This document shows positions 26,618 through 40,099 of a stretch of 64,000 nt of DNA, piece by piece. The translations under genes and the position numbers were made by a program. This DNA is from Marsupella aquatica (Eukaryota > Plantae > Marchantiophyta): the NCBI GenBank assembly GCA_973895155.1, contig OZ316899.1, positions 10,104,287-10,168,286 on the forward strand, read 5' to 3'. Position 1 is the first letter of the stretch; every line of letters begins with the position of its first letter. Below the pieces are notes generated by a model that was given only the letters and a program-made list of their open reading frames with translations, ran no database searches and was not told where the DNA came from.

Positions 26618-29600
26618 TGTGGTGCCTCCCATGGCTCCCCAAACCCAAGAAACCCCCTCGCACAAGTCGATTTCCGCAGGTTTTGTCCTCGACGAGGCCG
26701 TTTCCGCGGCTTAGCGGCATGGGACGCTGCTAATCTCCTCTACTACTACTATTAACATTTTACACACATATACTGGACAGATCCTTCATCGGGTCATAAG
26801 ATACTTAGCCGGCCTATTCTAGGCCTTCCCTTGTATTCCTCTCCTGGTCTTCCATTAGGTATGTTTGGATTCCGCCGCCGGAATGATCCTCAATTGGCTT
26901 GGTTAAGCCGCTAAGACCTCTCTCAGCTCGACACATCCAACTCTCACTCCCTTGCTACTTCCCTTCATTGATGTGGGCACTCTTCACACAAGTTAATGCG
27001 ACACACAAATAGCAAATGACTCCTTCTGACTGAGTTATACCATGCACTTGCCATACAAATAGTACATCTCATACACAAGCTCTGCGAACTAAGCCGTGAG
27101 GCCAACTCTATCAGTTCTTAGGCATGAGGAAACATGAATATACACAAGGGTCACTGTATAACTAACCGAGAGCTTCTCTTACTACTTGATCCCAGCCCTG
27201 CTGGTGCAACTAAAAACTTGCTAAAGAAGAGCCCTGAACTCCCCGTAGCCCAGGTACTTATCTTGGTTGTGGATCCGCCTGATTCCTTGCAGCGTAAGCC
27301 TAATCTACTTATCGTAATCTACCTAACTGTAATCTACCTATGTACAGCGAGGCAGGAGCACAAGTGTTGCCCTTACTCGTGGATCCGCAATCCCACTAAT
27401 CTAAGTATCAGGGCCGTCTCCTGGTCCTGATCCTTAGTCTAAACTTGGAGATCAGCGCCCGCCCTGCCCACTCACGCCTCCTACCTCCACGTCCGCCCTC
27501 CCTAAAAGGGACGGCTCCCTTACACCGTCACGACCCCGGTGGCTGGTCCTCAATGGACGCCCCCAACGCTTCCTCCGCAGCCACTGCCGTTGGTCCATCC
27601 TCTGACAGATTACCTGCCCCGGACCGAGTCAACTCTTCATCGGCCTGACTGGGTCCACCCTTGGCTTCGGCCTCAGCACCGGCCACGGCCTCCCCGGCAT
27701 GTTCTAGTGGAGGATCTGGTACCTCGGCTTCATTACTGGTTGTCCCGGCCTCGGCCTTGCCATCCCCACTTCCTAGGACTGGTGGATCCACCGCCGTGTC
27801 GATGCCGGAGGTTGGTGCCGGGTTTATCTTCTCGGTCACAATGGCTTGAGAAGCCATATAACTCCCAGACCTAGAAGGTTTTCGCTTCTTCTTCTTCCCT
27901 ATTTCGACAGTCGGTTCCTTCCCCTTGCCACTTACCTCCGGCACCGGGGTGAGTGTCTCGGCTTGTCCTTCGGCCAATACTACCCCTGGTAACTGGGTTG
28001 CCCCAATTGGAGTTGGACCTGATGAAGCCAAGCATTTAAATACTGCGGCTTGTTTCTTCAGCCGCTCCGTTTGGTTGTTGGCCCGCCGTTGTAGGTTCTC
28101 CATCTTCCTCGTGATTTCCTCCAACTCCTCCTGGGTCTCTTCCAGGTCCTTGCGCGCCTCCTCCAGCTCCTTTTTGGCTTCCTCCAATTCTTTCTTTAAG
28201 GTAGCCCTCTCCTCCTGGGTTGCTCTTAGCTCCTTGTCGAGCTCTGCTATGACCTCAGACTCCATCTTATTCATCTTGGCATAAGTCTGGTCGAGCTGGT
28301 GGTCTTTCTCACGGAGGTTGGCCTTGAAGCTGGCCGTCAGGGACGCAAGCTCCTGCTGCAGCGCAATAATCCCTTGATAGGATTTCCCTAACTCGGCCTC
28401 CTTTTGCTCAAGGGCTCCGCGGATATCCTTGAGTTCCCCCTTTAATGCCCTCTCCCTTCTCTGGTTCTCCGTCATGGCCTGATTGTTGGTTGCTAAGTGG
28501 GCCTCCTCTGCGTCCCTTAGCTCTCGCTTCCATTTCTCTCTTTCCTTGATTGCGCCGGCCAACTCTCCTTGGGTCCGAGTCAGTTTATCTTTGATAATCT
28601 GATTGTCAGACTGAGCGGTATCCAACTGCCCCTGCATGATGTTTAGCTCATGCCGCTTAATCCGCAGCTCATCTTGGGCTTTCTTGGCCGCCTGCAGGAC
28701 TTCCACCTCGGCTTCCTTCTCCCTAAGCCGTCGGATGACCTCGTCCTTCTTGCTTCTCTCCAAAGCCACCGCTTCTTCTAATCGGTGCTTCTCCAACCTC
28801 TTCCTCTGGTAGAAAGGTCCCTGCTCCAACTCCTCCCCAAAGATGCTGAGCGCCAGGTCCCCACACATCTCCCCGTACTCCATGGCTCTATCTTTAGCAT
28901 AGGTGGAGTAAGTAGAAGTCATCGAGATCAACCACCTCGGCCTCTGTTCCCAAGCTGCCTTGCGAATTTCTTCTACGGTGGCAAGAGGGTTGCTTCTTTT
29001 TTCGGCAAGCCGCCTGATGTCCTCCGGCCAATCTCCTCTTGGTAAATCTTTCTCCCTAGCCAGGGCTGCCCTCTCTTCCTCCCTGAGTCGCTCCTGAAAA
29101 TCTTGTGTCGTCTGCTTTATGCCGTCAAAGCTCAGGGAGCAACCTCTGGTAGGGGAGACTCGGGGCTACTCTGCTAGGTGGGGTCCCCTCAAACTACTCT
29201 TGGAAGCGTGGGGATAAATCGGCCACAGGTCCTTACTCCTGGAACATGATGATCCGACCCATAGCCGGAGTTATCATTGCTATAGTCCTCCACCGCCTCC
29301 TCCATTGCTTGGACTCCCCGCTTCCCCCTCTGTTCCCCTGGTCCTGCCGTGAAAACGGCCTCACAGACCACGGGCTGTTGTTCCTCCTCTGGGTTCTAGG
29401 CTGTCCTCTCCCTCTGCTCTCCGCGGGAAGGAGCCTTAGGCTGCTCTGCCTCCGATTCGGGGCTTGAGGCTCCCACATACATTCGCACTCCCGGCTTGTG
29501 TTCCGGCCTCCTTCTCTCCTTGGCTCCGGTAAAGGGGTTTTCCCTCCTGAGTCGGCTTAGGCCGGCCTCTAGGGCAGTGTCCTGTACCAGTGCCGTTGCC

Positions 29601-31328
29601 GTTGCTGGTGCCGTTCTCTCCTTCTCCAGCATTTTCAGCAGATTTTGCATGCCTGATTGTTGCATCGGCAAGTCTTCTTTCCTTGGCCGAAACACCTGCT
29701 CGATCATAGGACTGGCAGGCTTGTTGGGCTCTTCTGTTGTTGGCCTCTGCTCCGGAACCTCCTCCAGTGCCCTTGCCGATAGGGGAAGTACTAGGGCAAA
29801 GATTTGACTTCTGGCATACCGGCACAACAGCGGCATGTGATAGCCAAGCCGGGACACGCTTCCCATGCCGATCGCCTGTTGTTCCTCCTTTAAGATCTTC
29901 TTCAGTTGGTTGAGGAGGTACTCGTTGTAATCCCGGCTTGGGTCTGGCCTTTTTGCCAGGTAGACCTGAGCCTTGCCGATCTCTACCCTCGGCAAGTTAC
30001 AATGCATGGTCACCCGCAAGAAATCGATCATCTCTCCGATGTGCGGGTTGGTGTAGGTGTTTCGGAAGAAGTCATTCTTTATTGATGGTCTTGGGAACGA
30101 CCGGAACTCCTTGTCAGGTAAGGTCTTCCTGGTATCAACCTTGGTCTTATTACCCATCGGCAAGCCAAACACCTCGGCAATCACCCGGGGAGTGAGATAT
30201 AAATCCTTCCCATACACCCTCGTGGAATTGGTCTCGGGTTCCCATGATCCCACAAATTCTAATAAGTCTGAGTCCGGCACCTCCAACTTCAGCCACGGTA
30301 ATCTTACAAAGGTTTCCAAGCCGGATCCGGCCATGAAGCCCTGGTACTTCTTGGTCTGCATGGCCGTAAAGCATGCATCCTCCTCCCGTGCAAAATGTAA
30401 TTGCACTTCCTCTGGTAGGGTCGCCGCCCAGCCTTTCCAGGTGTCATCCTTTGTTGGAATGGCATTGATGGGATCAACCTCCTCCTCTTCGGCTTCTCCC
30501 TGCCTCCTGCTCTGCTGCTCTGCTGGCTTCCTTGGTGCCGCCGACCTCATTCTTTTTGCCGGGGTGGCCTCTTCATTGTTGTTTCCTTTCCTCTTCATCT
30601 TGGCTGCCGTGGATGTTTCTCCTAGCACAGTTGCCTTTGTCCACCCCTCCGTGCTACCCTTCAACTCCCAGTGCACGTCATTGCAGCGGTTGATGGCTTC
30701 CCGAATGCCGATGATTCTGTCTTCGCAAAACAGAAGGTCATCGAGCTGATTGGCAGTAGGAGTCCACAAGAAGTCGGCCTTGATGAGTTCTCCTCCTAAG
30801 AAGGCAGACTTCTACAGCTCCCACAGTCGAGCGAGCTCTTGCCGTTCTTGAGCTGCTCTCTCCGATTCTTCATCCTCGTAAGTCCCAATGTACTCAGTTG
30901 CCCGTTCGAATAGGCATCCCCAAAAATATGTCGCTTGATTGACGTTGCTCATACCCTCCTTGACTTGATCGTTGGTATCTGTTCCCACCCAGAGTGCTTG
31001 CCTAAGCAGCTGACAGTATTTGGCCTCCCGTAGTCGTCTGCCCAGTTTGTGCTTGCAAATGAGCCACCATTCCTCGCGAGCGGTCCTTACCCCTCTCCTC
31101 CTTTGGTCTTCCCTCCCGTTGGTCACCCCTAGCCGCCGACGCTTAGCACGCCCTAACCCTAATCGTGTTCTCTCCCCGACGTCCTTACTTCCGGCCTCGG
31201 CCCGGGTTCCATAGTCACCCTTAATTGTTTATATTTTCCTTGTCTTGTTACTATACTAAGGTGTTTCCAGGGTACACTCCTGCTTTTACCATGTAAACCG
31301 GCCTAGTGATTCCTGGCTAGGCATCACA
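26618..31328 (-). mobile_element. 4,711-bp solo LTR (Gypsy-type) containing long ORFs
   Basis: Ends TGTGGTGCCT...AGGCATCACA form a near-perfect 10-bp inverted repeat; 5-bp TSD CTTCT (26613-26617, 31329-31333); no gag/pol and no internal direct repeat; sits in an intron of element 2. Confidence 0.85.
27528..31126 (-). pseudogene. LTR-encoded protein (up to ~1200 codons): plant-mobile-domain/Athila-ORF-like region plus long coiled coil; a few stops and at least one frameshift
   Basis: ORFs 30812-31126, 29396-30769 and 29189-29371 share a frame. Motif SGLETFV...LLEFVGSW...RVYGKDLYLTPRVIAEVFGLP is present, and 27528-28931 is heptad-rich. Confidence 0.65.
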
Positions 31329-31619
31329 CTTCTCTACCTCGAGGTTGGAGAACCCTCGAATAGTGGAGTTTTGGCTTCTGATTCAAGCTGGTCCCAATTC
31401 TCTTGGTCTACTTCCATAGTAGGGTGATCAGCGTCAGGTGCATGTGGTCCAAAGTGAATGTCAACCAGGTGGGCAAAAGCTGCCTCTTCAAGAATAGGTG
31501 CAGGCCCCTCATCCTCTACATCATCATCAAACTCGACATCATATGCATCATGGTACTCATCATCATCATCGTCCACATCACCATCATCATCCACATCATG
31601 GACATCATCATCATCATTG

Positions 31620-32150
31620 CACTAGTAGAAACCGGGGCATTCTGTGACCAGACCAGTTATGACAGGCTTGACCACCAAAGTGCTCTAATATAAAGTGAGT
31701 CTTTTTGATGTGACACCATATGACTTTACAGTCATTAATAAGTCTACATAAGACATTGGTGCATATTAAAATCTGTGTTTTATCGAAATTGATAGTCATA
31801 GTCATGCTTAGTCTAAGTAATATGAGCATGGTGTTTGTGGATACAAGTCCCCTGTAGTCATAAAATTGACTACAACCAAAGTTTTCATAACAAACCCTGG
31901 ATATTATGAAATGCCATATTAACATGCTAGGCAAGGTGCTCATAAGTGCTCCTAATGATTGTTTTGCCCCTCCCAAAAGCACAACATAATAGGCTTGTTT
32001 AATCTATTGTTGCAATTAGGTCATAGTCATGCATGTGTTTATTCCACCAAATTTAATACCCAAAACACCAAAGTAAAGAGCTAGGAACAAATTAACTGCA
32101 CTCTTGGTAGAAATCATCTTTAATCCTAACTGAGTAGAAAATATCATTTT
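31620..32150. mobile_element. Terminus of a classical CACTA element (element 3); other end not found in window
   Basis: CACTAGTAGAAACCGGGG truncates the acidic transposase exon of element 2 and is followed by subterminal ATGAC/GTCAT motifs. Confidence 0.75.
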
Positions 32151-33539
32151 ATCCTAATTAACACCATCTAAACCGTAGCAAGCAAAGACTTTTGAGAAGA
32201 CTTTCATACAAGGTAAAACTTGTTAACTTGTTAAGTGCCCTCAACGTGCCGATCAACGGGAAAAAATGCCAGCAGCCCCTACACTACCCAACTTTTGTGC
32301 AAACGGCAAGGGTTTGTCAAGTGCTACCCAACGTGTCGACTGCATTACCGCCAAGGTTTTTCCCCAGGATTTTACGAGGGAACCCAATAGCCACATTGGA
32401 TTCCATTCCAAATCCAATTGTTCTTCCGAGCGCTCTTGACTCGTCCTACTCACTGCATTTCGCGTGAACCCTCTACCACAGTGGGCTCCATCGTTGCTAC
32501 ATCCTTTCTCCAGCCCATTCTCTCCGGTAGCTTGACTCGCTCGGGGAGATTGTTGCTTGTCGTGTCCAATCCAATTTGAGCTCCTACCATAGCATCACGT
32601 CTCAAGGTTTACTAATGCGCAAGCTGTGTGCGGGGCTGTGTGGGAGGCAGAAAGGGCAACGATGAAGGTTTACCCTTGCGGAACGACACTTCAACCCTAA
32701 TCCCTCATTTTATTGTGTATTGTCAGTTGCCCCGTATGCGCGTCTAAGGTTCTGTGTTTGCTTGCAAGGTCGGGCCAGGCTACTGTTTGGTTTTGCATTT
32801 CCTAGACAAAGCTGCATTGTGTTCGTGAGTGGACCTCGTTTTTGGTGCTCCTGTTTGTGAGTGGAGCCGGCGATCAAGGGAGTCTGGGAAGTATTGGAGT
32901 AGCCTGACTGAGCTCAACGCAAGGCAGAAGTGGAATGCAGGTGGAGTGCGCTTGCAAGGTAGAAGTCGAGCGCAGCTGGAGTGTTCACATTGATCTGTGC
33001 GAGAAGGGCGACTGCAAGCTGAGCTGCAGGAGTGGTGTTGGAGTGCAAGTCGGGCTGTGGGAGTGCTGCTGATGCGCTGAGGGAACCTGAACCTGTTGAT
33101 GCAGTCTGGAGGGCGCCAAAGTTGTAGTTGTCAAAGGAGTTTGCTCCCTGTTGCTGCTGCCTGAGGGGAGCGCTGCTGTTGGAGGCAACTGTAAGTTGAA
33201 CCGGTTGTGTACAGGTTTTTCCCTTTCAATTCTTTTGACCACATTCGCTTCTTTTGGTAGTGTATACACTTTGGCATTGTGGGCATTCTATTTCTTTATT
33301 TTGTGTTCCCTATCTATGTACCTGAAAAAGCGTGATCATGGGAGAGAATTAGTTTACAGTGTGTCGCGGAAGCAGGCCAACGCTTATACTATGTTGGCAA
33401 ATTCTGAGCAGAGAGCAGGGAGTGTAACTGTTAGAGTATTGTCAGCCTCGAGGCTATTGTTGTTATTTCCAATGGTTCTTGCATTGTCCCGGAAACACAA
33501 CCGCATCAGCCTATTCATTAAAAGTGTATTATTATTTGA

Positions 33540-33870
33540 TTTATGTACATTTGGGCAATGAAAAGTGTACTTTTGGGCGAGGAAAATTGTACATTTGGCC
33601 AATGAAAAGTGTACATTTGGGGATAGAAAAGTGTACAATTGGCCTAAAGAGTGTACATTTGGGCAATAAAAAGTGTATATTTGAACATCAAAATAGGTAC
33701 ATTTGGCTCTAAAAGTGTACATTTGAGTACATTTGGCCTAGAAAGTGTACATTTGAGTGAAAGAAACATACATTTGGCTTAAAAAGTGTACATTTAAGTG
33801 CAGTTGGTCTAGAAAGTGTAACTTTGAGTGCAACAAAGTGTACATTTGGCCTAAAAAGTGTACATTTTCC
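33540..33870. repeat. Subterminal repeats (AAAGTGTACATTTGG), left end of the Sola-like element
   Basis: More than 10 imperfect copies; 4 further copies at 46680-46760. Confidence 0.9.
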
Positions 33871-34204
33871 TACCAAAACTTATTATAATCATTTAAAAGA
33901 AAGGAATGAATAGAAAAATATTTTTAATTATGCAAAAAAGCAAACATTCATATTCATAATGATCAAAAGTTTAGAAAATGAGGAGATAGTATAACTAAAA
34001 CTCAATGACATGGTCTCACATTAAAACTATTAGAATAGTAAATAACTAGTACGTAAGTTACTATGTTTGAATGAGTGTCGACTATTTACATAAAAACTAG
34101 GTAAGTAACTATCTAAATTAATTTAATTATTATAGCTTCGCAAGTAACAACTAAGTCTACTTGTCCATCCTTTGGAGATAAATTTGGACAGTTTGTAGAA
34201 CATT

Positions 34205-37200
34205 TCAAGGAATCTTCAAACCTCTGCCCGCCATGTTTTCTTCTTTCATGTCAGATTTAAAACCATACATTGCAGAATTTGCATATTGCCAATGTTGAGC
34301 ATTCTCACCAAACCCTGGATCTCGTTCCCATGTCTTAGTGGACATGAAACAGTTTAGATACCGTGCACTCTCAGTCACATCAAGTTTAGAGTGTTTAGGC
34401 CTCCACCATTCGACTGGAAACATTGGAGCATATTGTTGAGGCATAGGAGGGTTTGTTGGAGATGTAGTTGGGACTTCATGCTTAGGGTCCACCGAACCCA
34501 AAGCTCTCACCAACCAAAAATGACCTCCACCATTTTTATTCTCCCAATCATCCTTAGGTCGAAGAAATACAAAGTTCCCTTCACGAATATCCTGTAGGGG
34601 AATCCACCGTCCTTGTTCTCTCTCAGCTCGAGATCCAACAAATGGTGTTGCTTGATCTTCCATCTCTTCCAAGACCTCATTTTGAAGAGCTGTCATCTTT
34701 GCATTCTCCTCATCTTCACTTGGAGGACCACTTTGTTCCGGTTGGTTGACCTTGTAACCAGTGCCGTGGTTAGTCTTAGGCCAAAATCCATTTTTCAAGG
34801 GAAATTGAGTACTTGCCTCCCCTTCTAGTGCAAGCCCATTTGTCAACAACTCCACAATTCTCTCCCAATATTTCACAAGAGGAAATCTTTCCTTATATGC
34901 TATAGATGTCTCATCAGTGCAACTCCTTCTCAAAAAATCAAGGTACTTGTTAAGAAATGGGATAATCTCTTCAGATTTTTTGTGTATCTCTCAAATGAAT
35001 TTAGCTAAGGGCTCTCCACTAGGTAAAAGAAGAGAATTTGTTGTCAGATCTATTGCCCAAATGCACCTTCCTCCAATTGGAGCCCAAGCTTGCTTTACAT
35101 GGGACTTATACTGAAATATTGGTACATTATCTCTCATAGAGAAAAGAAATGATACGGGTTTTGAGTGACCTTGAATATCTTTAACTTTGAAAGTTTGAAG
35201 ATATTCTTTGTAAGATGCAACTTCTTGTATCAATCTGGGAACTGGATGAATGCTCTCACATTCCCAAACCTCTGCCATAAGAGCAAGGAGAGTTGCAACT
35301 TCCTTGTGCTGAACTTGATATGATACCTTCGAAAAGAGTGCATCAACATCTTCGTGTGTATGACCAACCATTAGAAAAGACATTTGAACAGTTTCAAATA
35401 CTCCTCTACTCACAAGCTCACTACAAAATGCCATGACAGTCTGGTTTTTGTTATCCTTTGCTGAGTTATCCATTTGCAGTGTTAGGTGCCTTGGCAAGGG
35501 CTTGAAAGATGGACTGCCTTGTTCCCCATGCATGTCCCCTCCTTGATCCTCACCATGTTGGGTGGAGACCGTCTCCGTCTGACTGTCGGCAGCTCCATCT
35601 TCAGAACCAATATACCTATTCATTGGAATACTCTTTGGTTCCAAATATCCCTTAAAAAATGCATCAAAGTCAAGAAGGGCTTGAAAGAAAGGTCTATGAG
35701 GTTCCAAATAAAGGCCATCCAACATGTCACTTGTCTTGTCTCCATTGTACTCTTCAAGGTCTCGAAGACACTTAGCCAAGGATGTCACCGTGAAATCGGC
35801 ATCTCCTGGCCAAAGGCCAGTGACACTAAAGTGTGCATAGACTCCTGGATCCCTTCCGTGGGTCAACATCCCTGTGAGAGCAATAGGTAGTGGCATCCCA
35901 TGACCCGAAAGCGATTTAGGAGTACTGACCATTTTTGGAATCCAGGTCTTTGCTTGATCCATCTTGTCGTGAATGATGCAAAGATATTCCCCTGGATGTT
36001 GCTTAGCCATCACTCGATGAGCATAGTAAACATATCTACGTGACATCTGCTCACGAAGATGTTGCGCTCATTTTTCTTCAATTTTAGCATGCTCTTTGTT
36101 CCTTCTTTCTCACATCAAACTATCTTTGTATTCACAACAAAGAGTACACTTGGCAAATGCACCATCTTTATGGAAACTGAAGTTTGCGAATGATTTGCTC
36201 CAAATCTTGTACAGAGTATTCTCTGTAACTGGAGGAAGCCCCTCTTCCTTCATCTTTGTTCTCACATCTTCCAAAATCTCCAACTTCTTGTAACATGCTG
36301 GAAGACGATACTCAATGGAGTCTGTCCCATGAGCCCCAACATAAGGTATATGAGGCATGGGCTCTGCATTTCGAGTCAAAAAATCCTCACACAGAGCTCG
36401 TGCATGCAAGGTATTTGACCTTGTTTTCATGGAGCCCGTGTTTCCATGGAACCCAATTTTGCAACCCTCCACATATCTCCTTTTGTAATCATAATATTTT
36501 GTGTGGCTAAAGCCATGGATGATTACAAATGCATGTCTACATATGACCATACCCTTGAGAACATGGTGCCCCTTATCACGAACATCATCTTCTCTGTAGT
36601 GGAAGAGGTTGAAAATGTGTGATGTTTTTGACTCGCTAGACATCCCGTGAAATTCTATCCGGATATCTTCTATGTCTTCTCTTGGCATAGTCAGACAACA
36701 TTTTTGCTTGCAACAATTCTCTCTTTTAATTTCATCAATTGAAGCTTTTGTTGTTTTTGAAACTACCTTGGTTTCCAACAACCTTCTCTTCTTTTCAATC
36801 AGATCTACATGAGTCCTCTTGTTGAAATTGTATGGCCTTGTGCGTGGCATTCCCCTATCATTTACATTTGGATAGAGATCATCCCTATCCACCGTCTCCA
36901 TCCTCTCTGAACCTTCAACCAAAATGTCCGACAAAAAATTCCCATTTGCAAGTAGTTTTGTTGAATCAATCCGCCACCAAACCAAAGTAATTACTCCCCT
37001 ATGGAAATTGGGAAAGTATTGTGATTCCACCACATCTTTCACAACAATCCCTACATGGTCCTCACCAAGGATTTCATTGTCAACGGCCGCCGTTTCTTGA
37101 GGCATAGTGATGGTCCCCGTGGCAACCCTATTGGTTTGATCTGAACTGATGTATAGTTCGACCAACTCTGACATCCAATTTGACCGTTGGAAATAGTCAC

Positions 37201-37903
37201 AATTAGTTTTAGAAATTTCAGCTGAGGGAGACTCTGCAACAAAACTCCGCTCTATGTTGATATCATCGCCCGCATCCTTCTTTGAGAAACTCTTTCTACT
37301 TCGGACATCTGCCACATCCCAGAGAACCCATGAGTCTTTTGCCTCGTCGATTGTTTCAGCCCCGCTGTGTTTGTAAGGTAAAACCCTACTCCCATGAATG
37401 ACATCAGTGACCCTCACACTGATCCGTGATTCACCAAGTAAAATGTAGTGACATCTTTCCATTGGATTTGTATTGAAAACAACTCCAAGGGCTACACAAC
37501 ACCCAAATATGAACATTTCAACCTCATCCCCTTGCCTCAGAGTGGTTGATGAGTCCTCCTCTACAATTGGATTTTTTTCCAAATTACTCTCCGGTCAATT
37601 TGAACAACTACCTACACTAATGCGTTTTTGAGAATTTGTTATCGTTGATAGATATGCGCAAGACAAATCCCAAATAACGCAAGAATCAATGGCATCAAAA
37701 AGGTTTTCTGCCCGAGGCATTGGAAATGGTAGTTTTGTGGTTCGGTCAAAAACTTTCTCAATGAGAACGCCCATTCGATTCTCTCTCAACAATATCTTTT
37801 GAACACTATCTTGCGGGTTGATTTTTTGAACTGTCCCGCTTGCAACATTGTAACCACCAATTGTCAATATCACATTGTCTCCTCTCAAAAATATTCCGGT
37901 CAT
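34205..37903 (-). pseudogene. Sola-like (DUF7869-type) DDD transposase, ~1230 codons in one frame with four internal TGA stops
   Basis: IIHDKMDQAKT; LQMDNSAKDNKN; SFLMVGHTHEDVDALFS; CCKQKCC and FAKCTLCC upstream. The four listed ORFs are all in frame and separated only by TGA. Confidence 0.85.
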
Positions 37904-38004
37904 TCCTACAATGTGTTCACCTGCACAATTTGAAATGTAAGGTATTAGTTAACAATGGTCCCAACTAGGAAGCAGATAGGTGTGAACCCTATCCAAGGAC
38001 AGTG

Positions 38005-39095
38005 CGCAAATAGGGATCATCCCCATCAAGCAAAATAATAGGTCCCTAAACAATCCTTATCTAGCCCTAAGATCCCTGATCCCTATTTAGACGTCGGATA
38101 CGGATGATCCCTGTCCAGACGGCAGATAGGTTCTATCACTGTCCAAACAATGGACATAGATGATCCCTGTCAGAACGGTGGATAGGGTCTGTCATTGTCC
38201 AAATGGCGGACACAACTGATCCCTATCCAAATGGCGGATAGGTCTATCACTGTCCAAACAATAGACATGGATGATTCAAGGTCCGGATCACTTAGGATCA
38301 CTCAGCGGTCCTATCTGAAAGTAAAACCTTTCATATTGGGGTCCCATAAAGCAAATACCTCAAACAACGGACAAGGATCATCCCTATCCAAATGGCAAAC
38401 AGGGATCATCCCTATCCAATGGCGGACAGGGATCATCCCCATCCCAAATGGTGGACAGGGATCATCTCTATCCAAATGGCGGACAGGGATCATCCCCATC
38501 CAAACGGTGGACAGGGATCATCTCTATCCAAATGGTGGACAGGGATCATCTCTATCCAAAATCCGGACAAGGATCATCCCCATCCAAACGGTGGACAGAG
38601 ATCATCGCTATCCAAACGGTGGACAGGGATCATCTTTATCCAAATGGGGGACAGGGATCATCGCTATCCAAACAGTGGACAGGGATCATCTCTATCCAAA
38701 TGGTGGACAGGGATCATCCCTATCCAAATGGTGGACAGGGATCATCTCTATCCAAAAGCCGGACAGGGATCATCCCCATCCAAATGGTGGACAAAGATCA
38801 TCCCTATCCAAACGATGGACAGGGATCATCCCCATCCAACGGTGGATAGGGATCATCCCCATCCAAACGGTGCACAGAGATCATCCCTATCCAAACGGTG
38901 GACAGGGATCATCTCTATCCAAACGGTGGACAGACATCATTCTTATCCAAAAGCCGGACAGGGATCATCCCCATCCAAACGGTGGACAGGGATCATCTCT
39001 ATCCAAACGGTGGACAAACATCATTCTTATCCAAACAGCACATAGGGATGATCCCTATCAAAACAGCTAACAGGGATGACCCTTGTACAGACAAT
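38005..39095. repeat. 28-bp tandem repeat array built on a 21-bp imperfect palindrome GGAYAGGGATCATCCCTATCC
   Basis: Unit acagggatcatccctatccaaatggtgg; about 25 regular copies at 38370-39080, with decayed copies to the left. Confidence 0.95.
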
Positions 39096-40099
39096 TAACC
39101 TCTACACATAATTTAATGTTTGACCAAAGAAAGGTTCGATTGAGATGATCCCAATCGTGAGTTGGGCTAGATACCCCAACCTTAAGTAACTTAGATATAC
39201 AATTCCTAAATTTGATACCAATGGAATATTCTATAATTAAGTTGAAAGTTACCTGTAATGGAAATGATTCTTGAACACAAAACTCACTTAGTTTATGTTG
39301 TCAAACCAAGTAATAAAAAACTTTGTTGAAGGGGTAGTTCTCAGTAAGCTGGTAAACTAAATGCTTCAGGGGTGTGGAAGAAATTAAAACTAGATGTTCT
39401 GTCTAGAAAACAAGAGTGGCTCAATGGGGCTCCGTAATGAACGGACCTGGTTGAGAGACTGAATGAAAATCTAGAAATGAAAATACCAAATGAGGACCAG
39501 CCGGAGCAGCCCAAGTATCTTATACCATTTATTCAAGATCGCTCTTACGGATAAGGCGATGCGTGATCAGCTTTAAGCAACGGCGGAGTTTAGGGTCGAG
39601 TGGATTAGGTCACCCACGCCACACAACCAAGTCGGGCAGCACAATTTACGCAGCCTTGCATTTAGGGTTTGCAGCTCGGCCTCCCACGTGTTGAGTCGGC
39701 CTTGCCTCGCCTTGGTGTGGGGGGGTAAAGGAGGCAAGAGGTCCCACTTGGGCCTCATTCTTCTTCCCTCCTCTTCTTCGCTCCTCCGCTCCTCCACCTC
39801 ATTCGCTTCCAGTCTCCCTAGGCCCCACTCCACCTCCGCCTTCACACTAGAGTTTCTGCCCTAGCCGCCACGTTAATTGCCCTAGATCTAACGCTCTGTG
39901 ATCCTCCACGTGTCCATACGACCACGTGTCACAAGATGGATCCATCTAGACCTATTCATGTGTCTTTGGTCATTGAGCCAACAGAGGAGATAGACCTCTC
40001 CTCCATTGAGGATGTGGTAGACACGGCCCTCGAGGATTCCAGAGCCTTCCAATTGCTCAATCCAAGTAAGTATCTCGGTAACAAGTTGAATATTTGTGC

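Larger units (their letters stand above)
15052..31619 (-). mobile_element. Second CACAA-type CACTA element (element 2), degraded and multiply interrupted; other end not in window
   Basis: Terminus CACAACTACAATTTT at 15052. Gene order and exons are collinear with element 1 (accessory ORF ~15600-16144; transposase exons 16690-16835, 23206-26544, 31334-31619). Confidence 0.9.

Noticed and set aside
30057-30749. 230-aa + strand ORF and many other short antisense ORFs in the track
   Set aside because: Shadows of longer, motif-bearing ORFs on the opposite strand.
33503-33510. Alternative boundary with 2-bp AT TSD and CAGCC termini
   Set aside because: It would leave the flanking CCGC duplication unexplained; a 4-bp TSD fits the Sola-type transposase.
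33384-33722. ORFs over the subterminal repeats
   Set aside because: Translations of the AAAGTGTACATTT repeats that cross the TIR boundary.
38370-39080. CRISPR-like appearance (palindromic repeats)
   Set aside because: Spacers are only ~7 bp and not unique, there are no cas genes, and the context is eukaryotic.
38195-39098. Overlapping 130-290 aa ORFs in all three + frames
   Set aside because: Artefact of a stop-free 28-bp tandem repeat; the translations are cyclic permutations of each other.
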